The translations under genes and the position numbers were made by a program. Of a stretch of DNA of 64,000 bases, positions 11,490-22,700 are shown piece by piece. Positions within the stretch are counted from its first letter, which is position 1, and each line of letters starts with the position of its first letter. The DNA is from Balanoglossus misakiensis (taxonomy: Eukaryota > Animalia > Hemichordata), in assembly GCA_040954595.2 (NCBI GenBank), contig CM082586.2, forward strand, positions 12,369,337 through 12,433,336, in the 5' to 3' direction. The notes below the pieces were generated by a model. It ran no database searches. It was given only the letters and a program-made list of their open reading frames with translations, and was not told the origin of the DNA.

Positions 11490-11613
11490 GAATCAACCAA
11501 TGCGATCCCAATCCGTGCTTGAACAGTGGTTTCTGCCAGATGACATCTGGATCATGTCAACTGTACACATGTTTCTGTCAGAATTGTTTTCACTGGTGAC
11601 CTTTGTGAACAAA
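11490..11613 (+). pseudogene. Exon E12, 8-Cys EGF-like module (+1 frameshift in copies 1-2, open in copy 3)
   Basis: aaccag|..|gtaagt; INQCDPNPCLNSGFCQMTSGSCQLYTCFCQNC(Y)TGDLCEQ; copies at 30603-30726 and 50037-50159. Confidence 0.85.
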
Positions 11614-12299
11614 GTAAGTTTTGATTTATTGTCTTGGGTTAATAATTTATACAGTTCAAAGTATCACCATTTCTTTCAATGTGTAGATTTTTTTGTTTTT
11701 CTCTACAAGTGTAATCAAGATCTGCATGAAAATTTGTGTCGCTGTCACCGAACCCAGCTAGTCCATACAACCAACAGTATGAATCACCACCTCATGCTGG
11801 GCGTAGCCATAGGCTATACATGCCTGCCGGTATCGAAGGCCATTATGAGTATTGGTACCAGACCCCTCTTAAGAATGAATCATGGTTCCACCCTTATGGT
11901 AAAAAGTAAGATTACTCCATGCTAATAAATGACAATATTAGAATGAAAGTACATTCTAAGTGACTTGTTGGGAGCATCGGGACAATTAATCCCGAAAAAT
12001 TGCAATCGGCCTGATTTTCAGTTAACCAATCTAAAGCCCAACTTTTCGTGTATTTAGTTGGGTTTCTAAAACTAACAAATTTTTTGACAATATTTATAGC
12101 ATGATGAACACTACTCTCATCAAATAAAATAATGTTGTGTCGTCCACAACTGGTGTAATTTTTATGTGTTTGGAATCGTAGACACCATTTATCTTTTAGT
12201 CAACTCTAAATCTAATATAACAGTCGCGAAAATTGCTATGACAAACAAAAAATGAAGTGCTGACAGGGGACACCCTTGTCAGATCCCTTTGGATGGATA

Positions 12300-14586
12300 A
12301 CATTTAGAGAAGACATTGCCATTTTTCAAACATCTAGTATGTGATTATACATAGTTTTAACCCTAACGCTGCCAAGTCAGTTTGATATCCAGGGTGCCTA
12401 GAATCCTGGCTCCCAGGCCTGTTAGGCTGCCAAGGGCGTGTTACGCAGTAGGGCCTATACAAGACCCTCAAACCAAACCAGAGCAAACCAGTATGATTTA
12501 GTACATTTAAGGGGGGCTTAGACTGCCAAGTGTGTCTAACATATGAGAGCCATGGCAAGACAGTCAAAATACGTTTAGGAAGAAAAAATGGCAAATACAT
12601 ATTTTAAGGGACTTGACACTCTAAACAGGTATGACACCTAGTAGCATTAGGGTTAAAATATAGCTGCAAGCCAAAATGGTCATCTGAGGTCACTCGAAAT
12701 TTGGGCAAAATTGTTTGACCCCATACTGGTCCAGGTCCATCAGAAACCAAACCTTCAGCCCTATTCGTTCGCCTGGAATTAGGTATGCACATAATTAATG
12801 AGTTAAGCAGTTGTATAGGTGACCTCAAAATTCGGCTTTTCATTTTAGTCCCATCCCTCGAAATGCTAAGGCTGTACCTGCTCTGGAGGCCGAGATATGA
12901 GAAAGTAGATCACCTGAGGTCACCCAAAATTTTATGGAAAAAATTGGACCCCACACTTGTCCATGTCCAACAGAAACAAAACCTCTAGCCCTATTTGGTA
13001 AGCCTAGAATTAGGTATGCACATAATTAATTAGGTCAAAGGTCAAGGGGTAACAAGTACATGTGTATGCTTCATCCCACCAAATATGAAGTCTGTCGGTC
13101 TAATAGTTACGTACTTATGAGCATTTATGTTATATATAGTTCAAAGGTCACCAAGGTCACGTGACATTGCGGCGAAATGATTTGGTCCAGTAGTTGTACC
13201 TGTCCACCAAAAATCAGCTCCCTAGGTGTATTAGTTAGCGTAGAAGTAGATATGTGTTTTTCAAGGTGCGTCAAAGGTCAAGGGGTCACCCGAAATTTGG
13301 CTTCTCATTTCGGCCCCTTGGTCAGTCCCTGTTCACTCCATAAATGGAGACGTGTTCTGCGCAACCGCAGTACGTGTAACCTCTTGAACTCAGATGTGCA
13401 CATGCGTACAGCAGTCCCTGTTCACACCATAAATGGAGACGTGTTCTGCGCAACCACAGCTGGACCTGTGAAAGATCAAATCCGATCGACATATTTAGTT
13501 TCCGTATATTATATTGACCAATGCAGACTAAATCTAATAGAATTACTACATGTAGTATATCGTGTATAATACACACGTTTGGCAATATTGCAGTTTGAGT
13601 GTTAGAAGCAGACGTGTATACCCGATCTAAATTTCCGACCTACACATGTACATGTATCACTGTTCACGTGTACATACACCTTAACTGCGTTCTGAAAATG
13701 ACATGGTATTTTCAAAATGTTACCCCAGATTACCCCATCATGTGAGAGCCATGAAACTCACACCCATTGTCCAGCAGTAGTTAGTTGACTATCCTATTCA
13801 CTCAAAACAAAAAGAACGGGTGTGAAAAAGTCACTAAAACAGCATTGATACAGAGGTGTATAACACTGTCCATGATTTCAAGAGAAAAACATGAACGCAG
13901 CCCAGGCAGATCGGTCACTGTATGTGGCGATATCTTTCTAAGTATTTCACTCAACTTGTACAGACGATGCCATGCTGTCTTCTGGAATGTGCTGGTAACG
14001 TCACACATCGAAACATATTGATGATGCCCTTCCCTGCGGCTCGGACATCATGAATATTATTAAGGTCAAAGATCACCATCCCTTGTGCAGGCAAAAGATC
14101 ATGATATTGCCCTCGCTAACATGTGTTATTATTTAAATACGATGTTGTCATAGCTTTACTATGCAGGTATAGTAAAGCCTATGCCTTGGTCCAGACCCCC
14201 CATGGTCAATGAAAAAATATGAAATATAATGATCAAAAATCTTCTTCTCAAAATCGGCATACCCTAATTTGAAAATTTCGCCCTTATATGGTCATCAGGT
14301 CACTTGACTAATTTAACATTCACGGACGTACTGCACCAGATCTCATTGGCCTGCATCATTGTGCCAAATTTGAGAATTGTAGGTTTAGCCGTTTTCAAGA
14401 TCCTAGTGGCCGATGAAAGTGCCAAAGAAGAAGAAAAATGCCAGCAATACCAATAGGGTCCATAGGGGCTTGGGCCCCTAAAAACCCCAGTAATAACAAT
14501 AGGGGCCCTGCCCATAGGGGCTTGGGCCCCTAAAAACGCGAGTAATACCAATAGGGGCCCCGCCCATAGGGGCTTGGGCCCCTAAT
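12300..14586 (-). mobile_element. Composite of HINE/Helentron-like repeat fragments; boundaries approximate
   Basis: Recurrent GGTCAAAGGTCA and TGAGGTCACCC motifs, internal ~230-bp imperfect duplications, terminal hairpin TTAGGGGCCC..GGGGCCCCTA followed by TTCTTCTT on the minus strand. Confidence 0.45.
14445..14586. repeat. 52-bp GC-rich hairpin minisatellite (3 copies in units 1-2, 2 in unit 3)
   Basis: TAATACCAATAGGGGCCCCGCCCATAGGGGCTTGGGCCCCTAAAAACGCGAG; also at ~33537-33678 and ~52999-53092. Confidence 0.9.
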
Positions 14587-15064
14587 AAGTTAGTTGTAAA
14601 GTTATTACTGAGCTTGAATTTCACTAGCGACTAAAACTAAACAAAAACAAATCAAAGTATCACAAGCTTTATTTTGGTTTGATGTAGGATGTAATATGCT
14701 TATAGCACACTGCCAAATTAATGTCAACCAATAAGACCGGTAGGATATGATCGAAAACCACACGTATTAATGTGTAAAAGGCCGAACTTCCCAATAAATT
14801 TGGGTAGCCGACTACAGAGTCGAAACGATGCATGAACTGAAGTATCAAGACACATGGACTATTATTGATTGTTTCAGCAATTTGACTTAAGTTTATAATT
14901 TCCTATGGCAGTTTTTGCCGACAAGAATCAATGCCTGACCAAACAAAATGGACATTTTCACATGATCGTTACTGAGGTCACAAGTTAGCCAAGCCCTCAT
15001 ACACGCGCTATTCGGACGTATCGGTGATCTGTTTATGTGTTTAGCTAAGGTGGTAAACTGTTCA

Positions 15065-15881
15065 TCAATCAATCAATCAATCAAAATGACTTATAGAGCA
15101 CCAAACTCCACTGCAATAGTGTTCAATAGCGCTTTACAATGTAAAGTTATGTTAATAGGCTCTGTTAAACAGATAAGTCTTGATGTGTTTCTTGAAACTG
15201 TCAAGGCTAGGTGACTGGCATACTTCTATTGGGACACTCTTCCAAATGAGTGGGGCGATATACGGTACATGAAGTAGAAATTTGTCATTTGAACGAAGAA
15301 GTCTTGTTGAAGTTTTCAGATGGATTAAGTCAGAGATGTAAGCTGGTGCTGTGTTGTTTAATGCCTTATATGTCATAAGCAAGATCTTGTATTGGATTCT
15401 ATAGTGTACAGGCAACCAATGTAAATCCATGAGAACACGAGTAATATGATCCGTTTTACGGGTATGAGAAACGATCCTGGCTGCAGAATTCAGGGCATGC
15501 TGTAGCATGCATGATGATGGTAAACCACAGAGTAGTGCATTACAGTAGTCCAGTTTTGATGTGATTAGAGCATGAACCAGCATCTGGCAAACTTCCTTAG
15601 TGAGGTAACGGCGAATGTGGCTGATTTGACGCAGATGGAAGAAAATTGACTTGCAAATTGCATTAATGTGCTTATTGAAAGTGTAATTGTCGTCGAATGT
15701 CACACCTATATTCCATGCAGAATTCACAATTTGAACACAACATGATCCAATGCTCATGTGCTTTATGGTACGAGGCGAGCGGTTGAACTGAGACCTTATC
15801 AGGAGTACCTCGGTTTTGCCACCATTGAGTTGAAGTTTATTATGTGTCATCCAGGTTTTTATTTCGTGAACTGCCCTTTCC
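15065..15881 (-). mobile_element. L2-type LINE 3' fragment (C-terminal ORF2)
   Basis: [36 protein letters not shown]; (TTGA)n tail; copy at 34157-34973. Confidence 0.92.
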
Positions 15882-16296
15882 AGTTAAATATCGCAACTAG
15901 CCATAATGTTTGACTGGGAGGAGCACCTATACTAATGCGAGAACCAGGGATTGAAAGTTGCACCTGTGTTTTGATCCCTTAGTTACCCTTATAAGTACAT
16001 TTGTAGTTTAATAACCATAGTTCTATTGCAAACCATTCTTTCCGTAGTTTCTTGTTTCAAATATTGTAATCTGAATTTATTTTGGTGTTTAACAGGTGTG
16101 ATTATCTGTATTGGCGGCCATTTTGAAAAATATTGGTTGCCATGGAAACTCTTCAACAGATATTTAGTGACTCGCTATCTGAATTTGTTCAGTACACATT
16201 AACACACATCTGAGCCAAGTTTGGTGCTTTTATCACAAAATACACAATCGATATGAAAATTTGGGTTTTGGTGCTCCACTACATAAGTAACATTAA

Positions 16297-16710
16297 GGAT
16301 GTACGTTCAGTAAAATTGAAAGTATTGTCATTTTTTTTTAATTGTGGATTTTTTTATTCTCCTTTGTATGTATAATGAAAATCCGTAATAAAATATAGGG
16401 GTCACCGGGCTTGTTTTTGAAATACAGAGCCATGAATTTGGTCGATAATAGAAGAAATTTGCTGACTCAGCATTTTTCACCAATGGTTTGTCTATGGGCA
16501 AAATTCTTAACGCAATTTATCTCAAAAAAGAGCGCGGTGACCCCTATATTTTATTTGACCAATGAATTTATATTTGCTGGACTGAGCTATGTGTAAAATT
16601 TCGTGAAAATGACAATAGTAGAAGTTTGTTTTCTCGCGATTATCAATGTAATCCTATGGGAAAAAGACCGGGCGCGCAGTGTTTCTAGTTTATGTTCTGC
16701 GCATACATCC
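16297..16710. mobile_element. Kolobok-like MITE (TTAA target)
   Basis: TTAA|GGATGTACG...CGCATACATCC|TTGA; internal inverted pair AAAATATAGGGGTCACCG / CGGTGACCCCTATATTTT; mostly deleted in copy 3. Confidence 0.7.
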
Positions 16711-16776
16711 TTGATGAAGTTTGCTGGCTAGAGGGCTCCTAAACCTCCCTAATATTTGACGTCTTCACTCCTACAG

Positions 16777-17009
16777 GACTGCGCAGCTGGAAGTTATAGT
16801 TCAGCATGTTCTGAAGCATGCACGCTGTGTCCAAGGGTTTCATGTGTGGAACAGCCAGCCTCTCATCACCAACACAATGTGGACAGGGATATTTTGCCAA
16901 CAATGGAAGTATAGACTGTACGCCTTGTCCTGCCCCGGGTATAAGTGCCAATATGATGGTATGTCGGAGCCAGAGGTGTGTGAAGATGGATGCTACACTA
17001 ATATAGAGG
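16777..17009 (+). pseudogene. Exon G1, GCC2/GCC3-type Cys-rich repeats, two frameshifts
   Basis: ctacag|..|gtgagt; DCAAGSYSSACSEACTLCP/GFMCGTASLSSPTQCGQGYFANNGSIDCTPCPA/GYKCQYDGMSEPEVCEDG; copies at 35867-36099 and 56649-56881 (donor lost). Confidence 0.82.
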
Positions 17010-17441
17010 GTGAGTCAGCACTTAAAGTTTGGGCATTACTGTGTAATCTTTCACTTAAGGTGGACGATCATCTTATGTGCATGTGCGTAATTCTGTGCGT
17101 ACAAACATTACGTCCAGTCCAAATATTCTGCCAATTTTACATCCAATGCATTCAAATAGTGGACGGCTTCGCTTTAATCCAGTTTTCATGTGCATCTATC
17201 CACCCACCTTTATTTCCAACATCAAACATTAGGTCAGGTAATTAACTAACTGAATAATAGGATGGGAACATTTTCCATTTCTGTATTTAAAATGTACTGA
17301 TATAATATATGAATGAAAAAATGACAATTTTTCCAAATTTGAATAGACCTCTATTTATGAAAATAATTAAAATTTGCGCCAAATTTTTACAGTGGTATTT
17401 AAAGGTTAACTTGGTGTGTTAATTCTTTGTTTGATTTACAG

Positions 17442-17575
17442 ATCAGCCGGTGCTGAACAGTGTACTATTTGTGAGCAAGGGTACGCCTGCACAGATCCCA
17501 GTGCATCGCAATTCAAGTGTACCAAGGGTTACGTGTCATTGGCTAGTGCAACAAACTGTACCAGATGTACAAATG
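17442..17575 (+). CDS. Exon G3, GCC2/GCC3-type repeat (open frame)
   Basis: ttacag|..|gtaaga; SAGAEQCTICEQGYACTDPSASQFKCTKGYVSLASATNCTRCTN; copies at 36955-37088 and 57737-57870. Confidence 0.8.
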
Positions 17576-17682
17576 GTAAGATTGTGGTACTTGTTCAGTT
17601 TGCTGTGTGATGAAACTGAGGGGTATGTCTGTATGCATGTATGTGTTTACAACAGATTTTCAAGTCAGTGCGACTGGGGTTA

Positions 17683-17715
<33 letters not shown>

Positions 17716-17962
17716 GTTTACAACAGATTATCAACTCAGTGCGAGATCTTGCGAGACCCGGTTAGCCATGTGAGATCTCGCAGAGTCTTATGATATTCAG
17801 AAAATGGTTGATTAGAAATGACGTTTAATGTCCTCCAAAGAATTTTCTACATGCCTGTATACTTGTCTCAGAATTATGAAGTGAATCATCTCAAGTAATT
17901 TGTTATTTTAAATGACACTGTATCACAAATACTTCACTAAAAACCTCATTTTCTTTGATCAG

Positions 17963-18160
17963 ATGAAATAAGTGAGGAGCCTGCACGCACATCCCATCTT
18001 CTGTGCCCTGCTGGACAATCGTGTTCAGATCCAATGTAAGATCCGCTTGACTGTGGCAATGGTGAATATGCTATGGAAGGCGACGGCACATGCACGCCTT
18101 GTCCAGCAGGATCCAAGTGTCCAACCATGTCACCCGTAGTGGATTGTTCAACAGTTACTG
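17963..18160 (+). pseudogene. Exon G4, GCC2/GCC3-type repeat with in-frame TAA
   Basis: gatcag|198 nt|gtaagt; EISEEPARTS(C)LLCPAGQSCSDPM*DPLDCGNGEYAMEGDGTCTPCPAGSKCPTMSPVVDCSTVT; copies at 37482 and 58254. Confidence 0.83.
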
Positions 18161-18385
18161 GTAAGTTGGGCTGCAAATCACTCTTGTGACTTCCCTGTGT
18201 TATAGCATGACATACACAGAAAATTAAACTGTTATGCTCATTGGAGTTGATATTGTGATGCACTTTGAAAAACACAATGATTCCACTGAAGAGGTATTGT
18301 ACAGTAACACCTGTGATTACGGACATCTCTCTAATAAGGGATCGTTGGACCAAACCAATCGTTCTTTGAATTTTTTCTGTGATAG

Positions 18386-18482
18386 GTTCATACTCGCTAG
18401 GTTCGGCCACGTCCTTCTGGTTATGAATGCACAACTACAAGTGTCACACAGTGTGCTACAGGGCAGTAAAGTGTTGAAGGAG
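18386..18482 (+). pseudogene. Exon G5, GCC2/GCC3-type repeat with frameshift and stop
   Basis: tgatag|..|gtaagt; SYSLGSAT/PSGYECTTTSVTQCATGQ*SVEG; copies at 37905 and 58688. Confidence 0.72.
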
Positions 18483-18594
18483 GTAAGTCTTGAAATCTCT
18501 TTTCTTCTGGTCTCGATTTGAACATGGTTCCACAAGTTGTTTACATCACTTGTAGTTTTACATATTTTTTGAGTTCAACAGCTATGCTATACAT

Positions 18595-19568
18595 GGTGTC
18601 CTGAGAAGTCGACCAGTATGAGAAGTCGGTATCGGCCAGTACGAGAAGTCGGCCTTTGGGAGAGAACCCTGGTACTTTGTGTTATATATAACTGTTTCAC
18701 TACGAAATGTTTCCTTGATGTACAGGAGCTGAGATATTTGTACAAATAGCCGATGAATTTTAAAACTGTCTGTTCACTTTGCATGTACGTCACCGGGGTA
18801 CGTCAACATCAGTCACCTGCACTTCTTGCGCTGCGCCAGTAGTCAGTTCCTCCTCACGTTTGTTTGTTTGGTGTTGTCTCAAAGTATGCATATACACATA
18901 CATCTTCTATGTATTTTAGTAGGCTTTGAAACAACTCCCTGTAAAGGGACAAAGTCTCTCTCTCGCTGCCCTTTTTCCATTAATAATATTTGATACAAGA
19001 CACCATTTATGTATTCTAAATGTGGATATATAGTGAATCAACGTTCAACCACACACAACTTCAATCCAACTTGTAGACACGAGAGTGAAAAACTTGCCAA
19101 AATGAATAATCGGTGTTTACCATTTATTCATTTTGGCGGGATTTTTACACTCATATCCTACAAACGGGATGGAATTTGTCTGTAGTTGAATGTGGATTCT
19201 CAATATATCCACATGAATAATGTGAACGGTGTCTTGTATCAAACATAATTAATGGAAAAAGGTTCGCGAGAGAGAGACTTTGTCCCTTTAATCAGAAATG
19301 TCACAGGAATTTGGCGAATTTGGCGGATACGGCGGATACGGGGCTGGGGAAACGGTACGGATGCAAGACGCCATTATTTGAAATGACGCCATTGTGTTGT
19401 CAAGAATTTGGGAAATCCGTCCAAATGAAAATATTTAGTGCAATTATATTTTATTAAGTGTTGTTATAAGTAATCTGGGTCATCACTGCACTATTCGGGT
19501 ACAAGTTCAACAACTGGCCGACTTCTCGTACTGGCCGACTTCTAATCTGGCCGACTTCTCATGTATTC
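18595..19568. mobile_element. Non-autonomous DNA transposon with 8-bp TSD and inverted subterminal 17-bp repeat arrays
   Basis: CTATACAT at 18587-18594 and 19569-19576; left (GAGAAGTCGGCCAGT)-like x3, right (ACTGGCCGACTTCTC)-like x3-4; copies at 1-461 (partial), 38114-39119, 58896-59552. Confidence 0.75.
18945..19287. mobile_element. Full-length foldback MITE, Kolobok/T2-like, nested in the 8-bp-TSD element
   Basis: GTAA|AGGGACAAAGTCTCTCT...AGAGAGACTTTGTCCCT|TTAA; ~170-bp arms imperfectly complementary to the centre; copies at 1-151 (partial) and 38464-38809; absent at 59259 (CTCCCT TTAA TCAG). Confidence 0.8.
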
Positions 19569-19746
19569 CTATACATTAGTGAAAATTGGGGAAACTGGTG
19601 TTTTTCAGACAACTTATGAAGTCCCTTTCGCAATATTAACTCTAAAACAGCGGGTGATATTCCTTTTAAAATTTAACCAAATAAGCATACTTGAACTCTG
19701 TCATATCGGCAAAACACTCACTACACAAGCTGCTGTTATTCTACAG

Positions 19747-22700
19747 ACATGACATGTGCTGATTGCGGCGTAGGTAACTACTGTCCAGATGGGTCAGACA
19801 GCCCCATTCCTTGTCCATCAAGTTATTATGCTGACACAGCCACAGAAGTATCCTGTACCCCTTGCGATCCAGGCTGTCAGTGTGCAGCAACATCACCCAC
19901 TTGCCTGCACATCAAGAACCTACTCTCTGGGACCATCAACAACATGTACTCCCCTTCTACCAGGTTTGTAGTCGTCTTAGTCGTAAAAACATATTTAAGG
20001 TGTTGCGCACCTCGAAATAAAGGGTCGTCTGATCATGTTTAAATTAATACTGATGATACTATGACTTCTAAACATTTAATCTATGGAATAAAAATTGGGG
20101 GTCAACCATCTAGAGTTTTGAAAAAGTGCCCTTTATCTAGCACCTCTTTCAGATTTTGCCAGGCTCGTAGATTTTTGTAAAATGGCCTCAAAAATAAGAA
20201 TTTTGGGAGGTTTGTCATATTTTTTCACCATTGTAGAATCTAAATGTTCTGAATTATTTTATTTTTAGCAATTTTGAGATTGATTCATGTTCAGTATGAT
20301 AATCGCATGTCAATACAACTGTTACATTAAAGGAAAAGTTCAAATCCGCCTAAAACCACATTGCATTGGTACCTAGTTAAGTTGTCCTCACTTCTGACGC
20401 AAAATTTTGATGTGCAATGCACGTGTCTGTGAAATTGACGAATAAAAAAATTGTATACCAGTGCAAAATTAAAAACTCCCTGTGCAGCCATCTTGGCAAC
20501 TGCATGCTGGGAAAAGTACTCGGTTGATGACGAAAAAGTTTCGGGGTTCCGTGTAGTGCTACCCCGGAATACAATGTTGGGTGCAGACTACAACTATGGA
20601 AAAGAGATGCAGAATGTCATGTGATATAGTAGTGAAAACAAATACATGTTGGTTCACGTATTTCAGCTCTCAGCAATCAGGGTGCATTGAAAGGCCTTGA
20701 TTGGTGTGATATTCACAATTGATTATTATAAATACTTACAGTTGCATACTGTTTTATTTTGTAAATATTGTGTACATTTGCAGCAATGAATCCGTGCGAA
20801 CACAAACCCATGCCGGAATGCTGGTACTTGCCAAGCAATCCAGGGATCTTGTACAGGCGTCACATGTCAATGTGCTGGCTGCTACCTGGGTTTCACATGT
20901 GAAACACCTGAGTACAGTACTTTGTCATTTATTAAAAAATCTAAGTGCTGAGGTACATTGTAGTAATAATAGCAGGTGTAGTCATTATCATCATCTTCAT
21001 CATCATCATCTTTAAGTCAGTCATATGATCGGTAATAAAAACAGTAAAATCACCAGTATAAAAACATAACAGAGAAATAATGAACGTGTACTGGTGTTAC
21101 CATAGGTAAGTGTTGTATAAAACTTTGAATTCCTGTCTTCCAGTTCCTAATCCATGCTTCACTAGTCCTTGTCTCAATGGAGGTACCTGCCAACAACAGG
21201 CAAATTCTTGTACTGCCACCATTGGCATGTGCACAGAGTGTTACTAGGGAACCAGGTGTGAGACAAGTAAGTTTGAATCTATAGCAGTTAATAATGATAA
21301 TTATCATTTTTTTTATGATGATTTAAACTTCACTGATGTTGTACAAACACAAAAATAGAAATAATAATAATAATAATAATAATAATAATTTATTTGTATA
21401 GCGTCAGTATCCACAAAAAATGTGATCAATGACGCTTAAAGCAAAAGTACAATACAACAAATGGCTAAAAAAAACAGATTTAAAAAGTAAAGTTTTAACA
21501 TTTGATTTAAAAACAGATAAGTCTGGTGCCTGGCGAATGGTGAGTGGAAGATTATTCCAAAGAATTGGAGCAGCAACAGTAAAAGCACGATCACCATAAC
21601 TCTTGGTGCGTGATCGAACAAGGCAGAGTTTGAACTGATCAGCTGACCTTAAATTGCGACACGGAACATATAGATTAGTCATGCTAGAAAGATAGATTGG
21701 ACCAAGTTTATGAATGGATTTAAAAATGAGAACTAACATCTTAAAAACAATACGCTCTGTAACAGGTAGCCAGTGCAACTGATACAAAATTGAAGTGATG
21801 TGACAGGTTATTTTTGAATGAGTAACAATTAGAAAGGGACAGCAGCTTAGCTCTATTCCGTTTCCAAAGTGTTTGTTCTTTTAAACTACCTGTGCATTTT
21901 TTTTATTTATTCTGATTATGCTAATATGCTAATTTGTCAGTTTGTCACATCACAATTTTTGTAGGAAACTCACCCCTGGGAATTTTTTTCAGCCACTTAC
22001 ATACATTCATAATCACATGACATTGATGATCATGGAAAATTTGACCCTTTTCCTTGTAGGACTCAACCAGTGTCCACCAAATCCGTGCCAGAATGGTGGC
22101 TTCTGTCAACCGGCTCGAAATTCCTGCTTTGATCTCACCTGCATATGTACTGGTTGCTACAAAGGTGATAGGTGTGAGATATGTAAGTATACAGCGCAGT
22201 CTCTTTTACCTTTTGTCTCTGATGCATTCAAATACTGCATGTTTCCTGAGCATAGGTGTAGCCATCACCACAGCAGAGCTTGGAGAGTTCTTGACATCGA
22301 ATGCAAGATTACACTCTTCCCAATCAAAATCACTTTCGTAGCGCATAATGTCTTGATTGTCTTAGTTCAAGAAACATTATGCGCGACTGGCCAATTTTAC
22401 TGCCTTTTGTCAACACACATCCACTATGGAAATTCTCACTCCAGGCCAGATAGTGTAAATTTGCATATGAGTCTACAGGTATGCTTGAAGTCAAGTCAAG
22501 CATTTGCAAGGAACCCTCCTCCAGTACACAGGTCTTTGATTTCATGAAGGGAAGCCCTTGCCTCACAGTCACTGCCACATGATCTATGGAGGTGTGAACA
22601 ACTTGATACCAGCCTAATATAAGTTGTAGGCACAATCACTCCACACACCCTTGCCATAATTCTGCAAGGTTTTTGCCATATCTGTACTGTAGAATGAGTA

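Larger units (their letters stand above)
1..19139 (+). repeat. Tandem segmental repeat, copy 1 (phase set arbitrarily by window start)
   Basis: Window start GATTTTTACACTCATATCC recurs at 19140 and 38659; the ORF track repeats with offsets of ~19.1 kb and ~38.66 kb. Confidence 0.97.

Noticed and set aside
1659-11613. Assigning a gene symbol (Notch, fibropellin, crumbs, SVEP1, SCUBE)
   Set aside because: No LNR, ankyrin, CUB, avidin, LamG or sushi domain is seen, and the 8-Cys pattern does not match those proteins
17620-17730. (TG)n and other microsatellites, short duplications
   Set aside because: Ordinary simple repeats with slippage-level variation between copies
17946-18434. 162-aa minus-strand ORF
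   Set aside because: Antisense shadow of exons G4-G5 with no recognisable motif; truncated in copy 3
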